DNA of 64,000 bases, taken from NCBI GenBank assembly GCA_950097015.1, contig CATNEN010000024.1, positions 4,464,001 through 4,528,000 on the forward strand, in the 5' to 3' direction. The notes beneath the pieces were generated by a model. That model saw nothing but the letters and a program-made list of their open reading frames with translations, made no database searches and had not been told where the DNA came from. A program made the position numbers and the translations under genes. Source of the stretch: Macrostomum hystrix. Taxonomy: Eukaryota; Animalia; Platyhelminthes. Positions 1-13,100 of the stretch are shown one piece after another (the first letter of the stretch is position 1; each line of letters begins with the position of its first letter).

Positions 1-3000
1 TGTGGGAATGGTTTGGCTGAGTGGGGGATGGTTTGGCTGCGTGGGGGATGGTTTGGCTGAGTAGGGGATGGTTTGGCTGATTGGGGGATGGTTTGGCTGA
101 GTGGGGGATGGTTTGGCTGAGTAGGGGATGGTTTGGCTGAGTAGGGGATGGTTTGGCTGATTGGGGGATGGTTTGGCTGATTGGGGGATGGTTTGGCTGA
201 GTAGGGGATGGTTTGGCTGAGTGGGGAATGGTTTGGCGGTGTGGGAATGGTTTGGCTGAGTGGGGGATGGTTTGGCTGAGTGGGGGATGGTTTGGCTGAG
301 TAGGGGATGGTTTGGCTGATTGGGGGATGGTTTGGCTGAGTGGGGAATGGTTTGGCTGAGTGGGGGATGGTTTGGCTGAGTAGGGGATGGTTTGGCTGAT
401 TGGGGGATGGTTTGGCTGAGTGGGGGATGGTTTGGCTGAGTGGGGGATGGTTTGGCTGAGTAGGGGATGGTTTGGCTGAGTAGGGGAATGGTTTGGCGGT
501 GTGGGAATGGTTTGGCTGAGTAGGGGATGGTTTGGCTGAGTGGGGGATGGTTTGGCGGTGTGGGAATGGTTTAGCGGAGTGGCGATGGTTTGGCTGAGTG
601 GGGGATGGTTTGGCGGTGTGGGAATGGTTTGGCTGAGTGGGGGATGGTTTGGCTGAGTAGGGGATGGTTTGGCTGAGTAGGGGATGGTTTGGCTGATTGG
701 GGGATGGTTTGGCTGAGTGGGGGATGGTTTGGCTGAGGGGATGGTTTGGCTGAGTGGGGAATGGTTTGGCGGTGTGGGAATGGTTTGGCTGAGTGGGGGA
801 TGGTTTGGCTGCGTGGGGAATGGTTTGGCTGAGTGGGGGATGGTTTGGCTGAGTGGGGGATGGTTTGGCTGAGTAGGGGATGGTTTGGCTGAGTGGGGGA
901 TGGTTTGGCTGAGTAGGGGATGGTTTGGCTGAGTAGGGGATGGTTTGGCTGAGTAGGGGATGGTTTGGCTGATTGGGGGATGGTTTGGCTGAGTAGGGGA
1001 TGGTTTGGCTGAGTGGGGAATGGTTTGGCGGTGTGGGAATGGTTTGGCTGAGTGGGGGATGGTTTGGCTGCGTTGGGAATGGTTTGGCTGAGTGGGGGAT
1101 GGTTTGGCTGAGTAGGGGATGGTTTGGCTGAGTAGGGGATGGTTTGGCTGATTGGGGGATGGTTTGGCTGATTGGGGGATGGTTTGGCTGAGTAGGGGAT
1201 GGTTTGGCTGAGTGGGGGATGGTTTGGCTGAGCAGGGGTTGGTTTGTCTGAGTGGGGAATGGTTTGGCGGTGTGGGAATGGTTTGGCGGAGGGGGGTGGT
1301 TTAGCGGAGTGGCGATGGTTTGGCTGAGTGGGGAATGGTTTGGCGGTGTGGGAATGGTTTGGCTGAGTGGGGGATGGTTTGGCTGCGTGGGGGATGGTTT
1401 GGCTGAGTAGGGGATGGTTTGGCTGATTGGGGGATGGTTTGGCTGAGTGGGGGATGGTTTGGCTGAGTAGGGGATGGTTTGGCTGAGTAGGGGATGGTTT
1501 GGCTGATTGGGGGATGGTTTGGCTGATTGGGGGATGGTTTGGCTGAGTAGGGGATGGTTTGGCTGAGTGGGGAATGGTTTGGCGGTGTGGGAATGGTTTG
1601 GCTGAGTGGGGGATGGTTTGGCTGAGTGGGGGATGGTTTGGCTGAGTAGGGGATGGTTTGGCTGATTGGGGGATGGTTTGGCTGAGTGGGGAATGGTTTG
1701 GCTGAGTGGGGGATGGTTTGGCTGAGTAGGGGATGGTTTGGCTGATTGGGGGATGGTTTGGCTGAGTGGGGGATGGTTTGGCTGAGTGGGGGATGGTTTG
1801 GCTGAGTAGGGGATGGTTTGGCTGAGTAGGGGAATGGTTTGGCGGTGTGGGAATGGTTTGGCTGAGTAGGGGATGGTTTGGCTGAGTGGGGGATGGTTTG
1901 GCGGTGTGGGAATGGTTTAGCGGAGTGGCGATGGTTTGGCTGAGTGGGGGATGGTTTGGCGGTGTGGGAATGGTTTGGCTGAGTGGGGGATGGTTTGGCT
2001 GAGTAGGGGATGGTTTGGCTGAGTAGGGGATGGTTTGGCTGATTGGGGGATGGTTTGGCTGAGTGGGGGATGGTTTGGCTGAGTAGGGGATGGTTTGGCT
2101 GAGTGGGGAATGGTTTGGCGGTGTGGGAATGGTTTGGCTGAGTGGGGGATGGTTTGGCTGCGTGGGGAATGGTTTGGCTGAGTGGGGGATGGTTTGGCTG
2201 AGTGGGGGATGGTTTGGCTGAGTGGGGGATGGTTTGGCTGAGTGGGGGATGGTTTGGCTGAGTGGGGGATGGTTTGGCTGAGTGGGGGATAGTTTGGCTG
2301 TGTAGGGGATGGTTTGGCTGAGTGGGGAATGGTTTGGCTGAGTGGGGGATGGTTTGGCTGAGTAGGGGATGGTTTGGCTGATTGGGGGATGGTTTGGCTG
2401 AGTGGGGGATGGTTTGGCTGAGTGGGGGATGGTTTGGCTGAGTAGGGGATGGTTTGGCTGAGTAGGGGAATGGTTTGGCGGTGTGGGAATGGTTTGGCTG
2501 AGTAGGGGATGGTTTGGCTGAGTGGGGGATGGTTTGGCGGTGTGGGAATGGTTTAGCGGAGTGGCGATGGTTTGGCTGAGTGGGGGATGGTTTGGCGGTG
2601 TGGGAATGGTTTGGCTGAGTGGGGGATGGTTTGGCTGAGTGGGGGATGGTTTGGCTGATTGGGGAATGGTTTGGCGGTGTGAGAATGGTTTGGCTGAGTA
2701 GGGGATGGTTTGGCTGAGTGGGGGATGGTTTGGCGGTGTGGGAATGGTTTAGCGGAGTGGCGATGGTTTGGCTGAGTGGGGGATGGTTTGGCGGTGTGGG
2801 AATGGTTTGGCTGAGTGGAGGATGGTTTGGCTGAGTGGGGGATGGTTTGGCTGAGTGGGGGATGGTTTGGCTGAGTGGGGGATGGTTTGGCTGAGTGGGG
2901 GATGGTTTGGCTGATTGGGGGATGGTTTGGCTGATTGGGGGATGGTTTGGCTGAGTGGGGGATGGTTTGGCTGAGTGGGGGATGGATTGGCTGAGTGGGG

Positions 3001-6000
3001 GATGGTTTGGCTGAGTGGGGGATGGTTTGGCTGAGTAGGGGATGGTTTGGCTGAGTAGGGGATGGTTTGGCTGAGTAGGGGATGGTTTGGCTGATTGGGG
3101 GATGGTTTGGCTGAGTAGGGGATGGTTTGGCTGATTGGGGGATGGTTTGGCTGAGTAGGGGATGGTTTGGCTGATTGGGGGATGATTTGGCTGATTGGGG
3201 GATGGTTTGGCTGAGTGGGGGATGGTTTGGCTGAGTAGGGGATGGTTTGGCTGATTGGGGGATGGTTTGGCTGATTGGGGGATGGTTTGGCTGAGTGGGG
3301 GATGGTTTGGCTGAGTAGGGGATGGTTTGGCTGAGTGGGGGATGGTTTGGCTGAGCAGGGGTTGGTTTGTCTGAGTGGGGAATGGTTTGGCGGTGTGGGA
3401 ATGGTTTGGCGGAGGGGGGGATGGTTTGGCTGCGTGGGGGATAGTTTGGCTGTGTAGGGGATGGTTTGGCTGAGTGGGGAATGGTTTGGCTGATTGGGGG
3501 ATGGTTTGGCTGAGTGTGGAATGGTTTGGCGGTGTGGGAATGGTTTGGCGGAGGGGGGTGGTTTAGCGGAGTGGCGATGGTTTGGCTGAGTGGGGGATGG
3601 TTTGGCGGTGTGGGAATGGTTTGGCTGAGTGGGGGATGGTTTGGCTGAGTGGGGAATGATTTGGCGGTGTGGGAATGGTTTGGCTGAGTGGGGGATGGTT
3701 TGGCTGCGTGGGGGATAGTTTGGCTGTGTAGGGGATGGTTTGGCTGAGTGGGGAATGGTTTGGCTGATTGGGGGATGGTTTGGCTGAGTAGGGGATGGTT
3801 TGGCTGATTGGGGGATGATTTGGCTGAGTGGGGGATGGTTTGGCTGAGTAGGGGATGGTTTGGCTGAGTAGGGGATGGTTTGGCTGATTGGGGGATGGTT
3901 TGGCTGAGTAGGGGATGGTTTGGCTGAGTAGGGGATGGTTTGGCTGAGTGGGGGATGGTTTGGCTGAGTAGGGGATGGTTTGGCTGATTGGGGGATGGTT
4001 TGGCTGAGTGGGGGATGGTTTGGCTGAGTGGGGAATGGTTTGGCGGTGTGGGAATGGTTTGGCGGAGGGGGGTGGTTTAGCGAAGTGGCGATGGTTTGGC
4101 TGAGTGGGGGATGGTTTGGCTGAGTAGGGGATGGTTTGGCTGATTGGGGGATGGTTTGGCTGAGTGGGGGATGGTTTGGCTGAGTGGGGAATGGTTTGGC
4201 GGTGTGGGAATGGTTTGGCGGAGGGGGGTGGTTTAGCGAAGTGGCGATGGTTTGGCTGAGTGGGGGATGGTTTGGCGGTGTGGGAATGGTTTGGCTGAGT
4301 GGGGGATGGTTTGGCTGAGTGGGGAATGGTTTGGCTGAGTAGGGGATGGTTTGGCTGAGTGGGGAATGGTTTGGCTGATTGGGGGATGGTTTGGCTGAGT
4401 AGGGGATGGTTTGGCTGATTGGGGGATGATTTGGCTGAGTGGGGGATGGTTTGGCTGAGTAGAGGATGGTTTGGCTGAGTAGGGGATGGTTTGGCTGAGT
4501 AGGGGATGGTTTGGCTGATTGGGGGATGGTTTGGCTGAGTAGGGGATGGTTTGGCTGATTGGGGGATGGTTTGGCTGAGTAGGGGATGGTTTGGCTGATT
4601 GGGGGATGATTTGGCTGAGTGGGGGATGGTTTGGCTGAGTAGGGGATGGTTTGGCTGATTGGGGGATGATTTGGCTGAGTGGGGGATGGTTTGGCTGAGT
4701 AGGGGATGGTTTGGCTGAGTGGGGGATGGTTTGGCTGAGTGGGGGATGGTTTGGCTGAGTGGGGGATGGTTTGGCTGAGTGGGGGATGGTTTGGCTGAGT
4801 GGGGGATGGTTTGGCTGAGTAGGGGATGGTTTGGCTGAGTAGGGGATGGTTTGGCTGAGTGGGGGATGGTTTGGCTGAGTAGGGGATGGTTTGGCTGATT
4901 GGGGGATGGTTTGGCTGAGTAGGGGATGGTTTGGCTGATTGGGGGATGGTTTGGCTGAGTAGGGGATGGTTTGGCTGATTGGGGGATGGTTTGGCTGAGT
5001 AGGGGATGGTTTGGCTGAGTGGGGGATGGTTTGGCTGATTGGGGGATGGTTTGGCTGAGTGGGGGATGGTTTGGCTGAGTAGGGGATGGTTTGGCTGAGT
5101 AGGGGATGGTTTGGCTGATTGGGGGATGGTTTGGCTGAGTGGGGGATGGTTTGGCTGAGTAGGGGATGGTTTGGCTGATTGGGGGATGGTTTGGCTGAGT
5201 AGGGGATGGTTTGGCTGATTGGGGGATGGTTTGGCTGAGTAGGGGATGGTTTGGCTGAGTGGGGGATGGTTTGGCTGAGTAGGGGATGGTTTGGCTGATT
5301 GGGGGATGGTTTGGCTGAGTGGGGGATGGTTTGGCTGAGTAGGGGATGGTTTGGCTGATTGGGGGATGGTTTGGCTGAGTGGGGGATGGTTTGGCTGAGT
5401 AGGGGATGGTTTGGCTGATTGGGGGATGGTTTGGCTGAGTGGGGGATGGTTTGGCTGAGTAGGGGATGGTTTGGCTGATTGGGGGATGGTTTGGCTGAGT
5501 AGGGGATGGTTTGGCTGAGTAGGGGATGGTTTGGCTGATTGGGGGATGGTTTGGCTGAGTGGGGGATGGTTTGGCTGAGTAGGGGATGGTTTGGCTGAGT
5601 GGTGGATGGTTTGGCTGAGTGGGGGATGGTTTGGCTGAGTAGGGGATGGTTTGGCTGAGTGGGGGATGGTTTGGCGGTGTGGGAATGGTTTAGCGGAGTG
5701 GCGATGGTTTGGCTGAGTGGGGGATGGTTTGGCTGAGTGGGGGATGGTTTGGCTGAGTGGGGGATGGTTTGGCTGAGTAGGGGATGATTTGGCTGAGTAG
5801 GGGATGGTTTGGCTGATTGGGGGATGGTTTGGCTGAGTAGGGGATGGTTTGGCTGAGTGGGGGATGGTTTGGCTGAGTAGGGGATGGTTTGGCTGAGTAG
5901 GGGATGGTTTGGCTGATTGGGGGATGGTTTGGCTGAGTGGGGGATGGTTTGGCTGAGTAGGGGATGGTTTGGCTGATTGGGGGATGGTTTGGCTGATTGG

Positions 6001-6945
6001 GGGATGGTTTGGCTGAGTAGGGGATGGTTTGGCTGAGCAGGGGTTGGTTTGTCTGAGTGGGGAATGGTTTGGCGGTGTGGGAATGGTTTGGCGGAGGGGG
6101 GTGGTTAAGCGGAGTGGCGATGGTTTGGCTGAGTGTGGAATGGTTTGGCGGTGTGGGAATGGTTTGGCGGAGGGGGGTGGTTTAGCGGAGTGGCGATGGT
6201 TTGGCTGAGTGGGGGATGGTTTGGCGGTGTGGGAATGGTTTGGCTGAGTGGGGGATGGTTTGGCTGAGTGGGGAATGATTTGGCGGTGTGGGAATGGTTT
6301 GGCTGAGTGGGGGATGGTTTGGCTGAGTGGGGAATGATTTGGCGGTGTGGGAATGGTTTGGCTGAGTGGGGGATGGTTTGGCTGCGTGGGGAATGGTTTG
6401 GCTGATTGGGGGATGGTTTGGCTGAGTAGGGGATGGTTTGGCTGATTGGGGGATGATTTGGCTGAGTGGGGGATGGTTTGGCTGAGTAGGGGATGGTTTG
6501 GCTGATTGGGGGATGATTTGGCTGATTGGGGGATGGTTTGGCTGAGTAGGGGATGGTTTGGCTGAGTGGGGGATGGTTTGGCTGAGTAGGGGATGGTTTG
6601 GCTGAGTGGGGAATCGTTTGGCTGAGTGGGGGATGTTTTGGCTGAGTAGGGGATGGTTCGGCTGAGTAGGGGATGGTTTGGCTGAGTAGGGGATGGTTTG
6701 GCTGAGTGGGGAATGGTTTGGCGGAGTGGGGAATGGTTTGGCTGAGTGGGGAATGGTTTGGCTGAGTGGTGAATGGTTTGGCTGAGTAGGGGATGGTTTG
6801 GCTGAGTGGGGGTTGTTTTCGCAGCTTTGAGATGGTTTGGCGGAGTGGGGATGGTTTGGCGGAGTGGGGGTTGTTTTCGCAGCTTTGAGATGGTTTGGCG
6901 GAGTGGCGATGGTTTGGCGGAGTGGGGAATGGTTTGGCTGAGCTG
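1..6945. repeat. Minisatellite array, ~20-bp unit GGATGGTTTGGCTGAGTGGG with 18-19-bp variants; runs off the window start; probably intronic to the alpha2delta gene
   Basis: Continuous tandem units are visible. The minus-strand ORFs 2749..7008 and 6105..7013 are the 60-bp/20-aa translation of the repeat. Confidence 0.98.
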
Positions 6946-7175
6946 ACTAAAACCACGCACAAGCACTTGGATACATTTGCAGGCCCACCAACACGCGTGG
7001 TACACCAAATCACTATATTATTCTAATTGTCAGACAATGTACACACTTACTGTCCCTATAGGGTGTGTCACACGATAAGCCTGAAGCCTTTTATCCGCGG
7101 CTGCGTCTCAAATGCATAAAATGGTAAAAACTGTATTAGGGTTTGCATGTTTTTAATACCCAACTCTGATTTCAG

Positions 7176-10100
7176 GGCCTTGGAATTCTGACCAGTCTCA
7201 CGATGCCAATCTACAATACAACGGTAAATAATCATAGTAGAAGAGTAGCATTAAGTTTGAGCGCTAATGCCAGTACTCAACTTTGCGCTAAAATTTGCAG
7301 GGCAACAATTCCTTCCTAGGCCTGGTGGGCACCGACATCGCCATCAGGGACTGGGTTGCCATGGTGCCAAAACACAGGCTAGGGCCGAACGGCTACGCAT
7401 TCGCGCTTGACTCAAACGGCTACGTCGTTTTTCACCCAGAGTTAAAAACCAAGGTGATTATAGCTAAATGTACTATTCGTAGCAGTAACGGAATGAATGG
7501 CAGAGCGGTTAATGCGTTTGCCTCTCGCACCCGGGTCTATGAAATTTTCTTGCCGAAGTTTGCTTGCGACACATGAGCTTGCCGAACTTTGCCTGACGAT
7601 GAGAAAGTCAGGGCAGGTGTTCCGCCTGACTGAGTGTGTTCTGGAGTTAGTGAAATGGGCAGAATCACCTCTGCGAGTCTACTGTTTGAATTAAAATACG
7701 ACAACTGACAGGAACCCCAACAAGTGACCCAGTCACACATTCAGCTAGGACCACTTTGCTAGTTTTAGATAGCCCAGTTAGGCCAGATGTACAGTCAATG
7801 GTACGATGCTTTCAAAGGCTGTGTAGTGACAGGAACAGGGCAGCTGTTCAGTCCATAGACTGGGGGTCTGCGTTGCAACAGGGCTACATTAACCACCAAA
7901 ATTTCTACAAACAGCTAAATTTCTGGTAATGCGTGCACAGCACATTTGAGTTTTTGTTCACTTTAAAAACAATCGAAGTTAATATATTACCACTCTAACT
8001 GCAGCATATATTTAATGGCCTCCATAACTAATTCCGCCACGATCCGCAGAACGGCTGGCATCGTGAGCCAGCCAATATGGATCTGCTGGAGGTTGAGCTG
8101 GACGAGCCGGAGAAGCGACGTATACGGACCCTGATTGTCAGCTCGTTGGGAAAGCTTCAGGTCGCTTCGGCGCGCAACGAGACGCCTATGGTGACAGTTG
8201 AGACGCTAGATCGCTTGCCAGACGGTGTTCACGTGAACAATGTGCGAATGAACTACTCTTACAAGCGAATTCCAGGGACGCCTTACGCGTGAGTTGAGCA
8301 GCTGCGACCTGTCTGATGGACTGCCAATCCCTCTCGTGCCAGTCTGATGGACTGCCAATCCCTCTCCTGCCAGTCTGATGGACTGCCAATCCCTCTCCTG
8401 CCTGTCTGATGGACTGCCTATCCCTCTCGTGCCTGTCTGATGGACTGCCAATCCCTCTCCTGCCTGTCTGATGGACTGCCTATCCCTCTCGTGCCTGTCT
8501 GATGGACTGCCTATCCCTCTCGTGCCTGTCTGATGGACTGCCAATCCCTCTCCTGCCAGTCTGATGGACTGCCAATCCCTCTCCTGCCAGTCTGATGGAC
8601 TGCCTATCCCTCTCCTGCCAGTCTGATGGACTGCCAATCCCTCTCCTGCCAGGCTGATGGACTGCCTATCCCTCTCCTGCCAGTCTGATGGACTGCCAAT
8701 CCCTCTCCTGCCAGTCTGATGGACTGCCTATCCCTCTCCTGCCAGTCTGATGGACTGCCTATCCCTCTCCTGCCAGTCTGATGGACTGCCAATCCCTCTC
8801 CTGCCAGTCTGATGGACTGCCAATCCCTCTCCTGCCAGGCTGATGGACTGCCAATCCCTCTCCTGCCAGTCTGATGGACTGCCAATCCCTCTCCTGCCAG
8901 TCTGATGGACTGCCAATCCCTCTCCTGCCAGTCTGATGGACTGCCAATCCCTCTCCTGCCAGTCTGATGGACTGCCAATCCCTCTCCTGCCAGTCTGATG
9001 GACTGCCTATCCCTCTCCTGCCAGTCTGATGGACACACGCACAGGTACACACGCACTGTACGCCACTCGTTCAGGTGTGTATATCAGCCCTGACTTTTTC
9101 TTCTTCAGGCAGTGCACACTCTCACTGTGCCTTGGCCATCACGGGCACAAATTTCACAGACCTTGTGCACTAAGTGAATGTGGCTTTTGAGCGTTACCGG
9201 TAATCCGTTGACTTTTGTGCCATAGACAGTGGCAGCGGCGGAATAAAAAGTATGTGATATTTTCCAAGTTAAATTTAGAACAGCTGGAAGGGACGGCTTG
9301 GCTACCAATCTGCACACGTCTGTGGGCAAAGAATGAAGTAAAAAGGCGCGCCCCTTGGCTTTAGAGGAATATGCGCCAAGAAAAGAAAATAGTATTTTTA
9401 TACTTTTAAGTATTAAGTCATCGCAACAGGGTCTTTTCTGATAAGTCGGCTCGGCCATTTAGGAAGAGCATGATCTCCCTGGTGTACGATACCGTCAATC
9501 TGAACAACGCGATCGACAAGGTGGCCAAATGGATGGCTACCTCTGATTCGCAGGTCTGTCTGTTCGCCGATGACACTTCAGTCTCCATTCTGTCGTCACC
9601 GTCGACCAATTCGGCAAACGAGCAGGGCAGGCAGCTGCTAATTGACCGACTGAAAAGCGACGCAGTCAGTCGCATGAAGTGTATGCTTCGGAGCACGGCA
9701 AATCAGGAGAACAATCACAACGAGTTCAAAAAGAAACACAGTTCCAAAAGCAACGCCATGATCGACGCTTCTGACAGTTCTGACAGTTCCGACTCATTTA
9801 ACCGCAATCAGAACAACCGACACGGAGTTGAGTCTGAGCAGAAATACAAGTCTCTATCGGACAGTCGCCACAGACGAAAGTCGCAACCGGTAAACAGTCA
9901 CTCGGGCTCCGCACAACGCAAAGACAGTGGCGATGGCAGCGGTGGCTTCAAGGAGGACAAATACCTCGAGCGCATTGTCGAACGAGCTACTCAAGAAATT
10001 CGAAGTGCAATCTACAAACTCAGTGCAGAGAACAAGCTGCCAGAGAAATGTCACTTGAAAATGAAGCTGTCTATCAAACCGCAACGATCGGCCAACGAGG

Positions 10101-13100
10101 AAAGCAGCCAGAAGGAGCAGCAACGACGCCATCGAGGCGGCAGTAGCGAGGATGAGGCACGTCATCGTGTATCAAACTCTGGACGTCACAAGACCTCCGA
10201 GAAAGACGCCGGAGGCAGAGCGGATCGAGAGAAGCGAGCCACATCAACTTCGAACAAGCGAGATTATCATGAACAGAGGAAGGAGAAGCGGAAGTACTGA
10301 TTGACTGAAATCCTCTGCATTTGCTTTGACGGATGTCGTGACGTGAAAACTACTCCGATAAAAACATTCTTTTGAGTTGATAATGTAGCTTCTAGTTTCA
10401 AAATAGTTGTTAACAACTGGTCAACACTGCAAGCAGTGCTCAGTCCACTCACAGAAGCGTTAGACAACAACCAGTTCCTAAGCAGGTGCAAGTCATTATC
10501 GAACCTCCCAGTGATCTTTCTGTTACTCGGCTTCTCACGCCATCTTCACTTTTATGTAATTCACAACCTGACCTACTTGTATTAGTATTTTTACTAGTTT
10601 TTGATACCTTGTGAGCATCGTGCTCCCCACAGTAAGACCACTTGCCTTCCATAGTACTCTGCCGCTACGGCAGCCAAGGGCCTGGAGCCCTAAATCATTC
10701 AGCCAGTGTACAGAAGCGTAAATTTAAGTTTTGCAGTCTAAAATACACAGAACATGCAACATTTTTACTTTCCTAATGCCAAAGGTGGCAACTGCAGTAT
10801 CTGCTTTTCCAACTAAACTGTTCTCGTTGCACCAATCTATTAATAATTAAATAAAGCGGCTTGGGTACGGATAGATGAGATCGCTTCACGCACTTACATT
10901 CCAGCGGCACGAAGATATATTAGAGGCTACGATTGCATTAAGTCGGGTCGCTTATAGGTAACAAATCATTCACCCCTCAGAGTGTCCATCGCTCTGCCAG
11001 CTGAAAATGCCAGCTACGTTGCCTTCGGAACCAACTTTCGGCCATCGTTTGAGCAGCTCGAAGGCGGCAGCCTCTGGACCGTGTCGCTGGCCAACACTAC
11101 ATCGGCGGTCAACTACCCGAGTCCGTGGGCGGCCTACCTGGTGCCGCCTGGCACGCCCTACTGCTCTGAGTACTACACGCCTCCGCCTGTATCGCCACCG
11201 ACACATCTCTCGGCTAACGAAAGCGACGGAGACAATTCGTCCGCTGCAGCTCGGCCGACGCCTCCGCTGGCACAGCCCGCCCAGCCGGTTGTAGACGAGC
11301 ATCACGTGAAGGAGCAGACCGAGCGCCTGAAGCTGGCGCCGGAGAGCCTCGGCAACCTCCTGCAGACGTTGGCGTTGAATGGTAGCGTCTGCAGTCAGCA
11401 CTGGTCAGCGGCGCTGGCGCTCGACTTAGTACTCCTAGATGCATTTTTTAAGAGTATTTCACTGCATCCGCCTGAGCCTTATGTGGTGTCGCTGGCCGCC
11501 ACTGGACCTGGCGGTGTCACAGGAATTTTCCCGCCTGGCGAGGCCGCCCGTTATCGAGGCTGGGGAGAAGGATGGTCCTCCGCGCACTTTCAGAGGGCGG
11601 CTCTGATGCCGCGAGTTCTATTTGCCTCGGTGCCTTGCATGTCGGAGGATGGTGAGCTGCTGGTGGTTGATGACAATCAAATTGCAATAGCTTATCGAGC
11701 TAGGGTTGTGGTGAGGTTGCTGTAGGAGTGAGGTGGCTGGAGGAGTGATGTGGGTGAAGAAGTTAGGTAGCTGGAGTAGTGAGGTGGATAGAGGAGTGAG
11801 GTGGATGTAGGAGTGAGGTGGCTAGCGGAGTGAGGCGGATGGAGGAATGAGGTGGATGGAGGAGTGAGGTGAATGGGGGGTGAGGTGGCTAGAGGAGTGA
11901 GGTGGATGGAAAAGTGAGGTGGCTAGCGGAGTGAGGTGGATGGAGGAGTGAGGTGGATGGAGGAGTGAGGCGGATGGAGGAGTGAGGTGGATGGAGGAGT
12001 GAGGTGAATGGAGGAGTGAGGTGGATGGAGGAGTGAGTTGGCTAGAGGAGAGAGATGGATGGAGGAGTGAGGAGGATGGAGGATTAAGGTGGATGGAGGA
12101 GTGATGTTGGTGAAGAATTTAGGTGGCTAGAGGAGTGAGGTGGCTAGAGGAGTGAGGTGGCTAGAGGAGAGAGATGGATGGAGGAGAGAGGTGGATGGAG
12201 GGGTGAGGTGGCTAGCGGAGTGAGGCGGATGGAGGAATGAGGTGGATGGAGGAGTGAGGTGGATGGGGGTGAGGTGGCTAGAGGAGTGAGGTGGATGGAA
12301 GAGTGAGGTGGCTAGCGGAGTGAGGTGGATGGAGGAGTGAGGTGGATGGAGGAGTGAGGTGAATGGAGGAGTGAGGTGGATGGAGGAGTGAGTTGGCTAG
12401 AGGAGAGAGATGGATGGAGGAGTGAGGTGAATGGAGGAGTGAGGTGGCTGGAGGAGTGAGGTGGCTAGAGGAGAGAGATGGATGGAGGAGAGAGGTGGAT
12501 GGAGGGGTGAGGTGGCTAGAGGAGTGAGGTTGCTGAAGAAGAGAGGTTGCTGGTGTGCGGTTGTCGAGTAGTAGATTTCTAATGTCTGAGATTCACAGTT
12601 ATCAAACAAGCAATGCCAAGTTGTATGGATACTACGCAGTAAGTACGAAAACGTTTGTTTTGCACCTTTCAGTATACAATAGGACAATAATCAGCACAGA
12701 AGCTCCATCCACAACCGCTGCTGCGGCAATAACTCCGACATTCGGCTTGGCGACTGAGAACGCCAGCTTGCCTGCAATGGCCGATGCCATTCAGGGTTTG
12801 CCGGATGTTACATTCTACCAGGCGGTAACCATTGGCGACCAATTCAGTGTTGCAGGTGATAAGAGCTTCATTTTGAGTATAGAATATTTATCTACACAAA
12901 TGACACTTCTGACTGTGATTTAACTCGCCCGATTCCTTCCTCAGTGTTGGGCGTTACTCTGTCGGGCCGATGGCTGGCCAGCACTATCTTCACCAGCGCC
13001 TTCGCCGATCTGTGCGATCCCAGCCGCGGCAGCAACACCACCTGCTACTTAGTTGAGGACGGCGGATACATTCTGGCCGCCAATGAGGGCAGCACAGAGG

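Noticed and set aside
2749-7013. 1419-aa and 302-aa P/S/Q-rich ORFs
   Set aside because: They are the translation of a 20-bp minisatellite that lacks stops on the minus strand; there is no unique domain.
9109-9190. Strong acceptor followed by a B-box-like CTLSLCLGHHGHKF
   Set aside because: No donor in a phase that joins ORF 9470 or the next alpha2delta exon, and the frame stops at ~9190.
9554-9580. LFADDT, resembling a LINE RT catalytic motif, in ORF 9470
   Set aside because: The flanking RT motifs are absent or in the wrong order.
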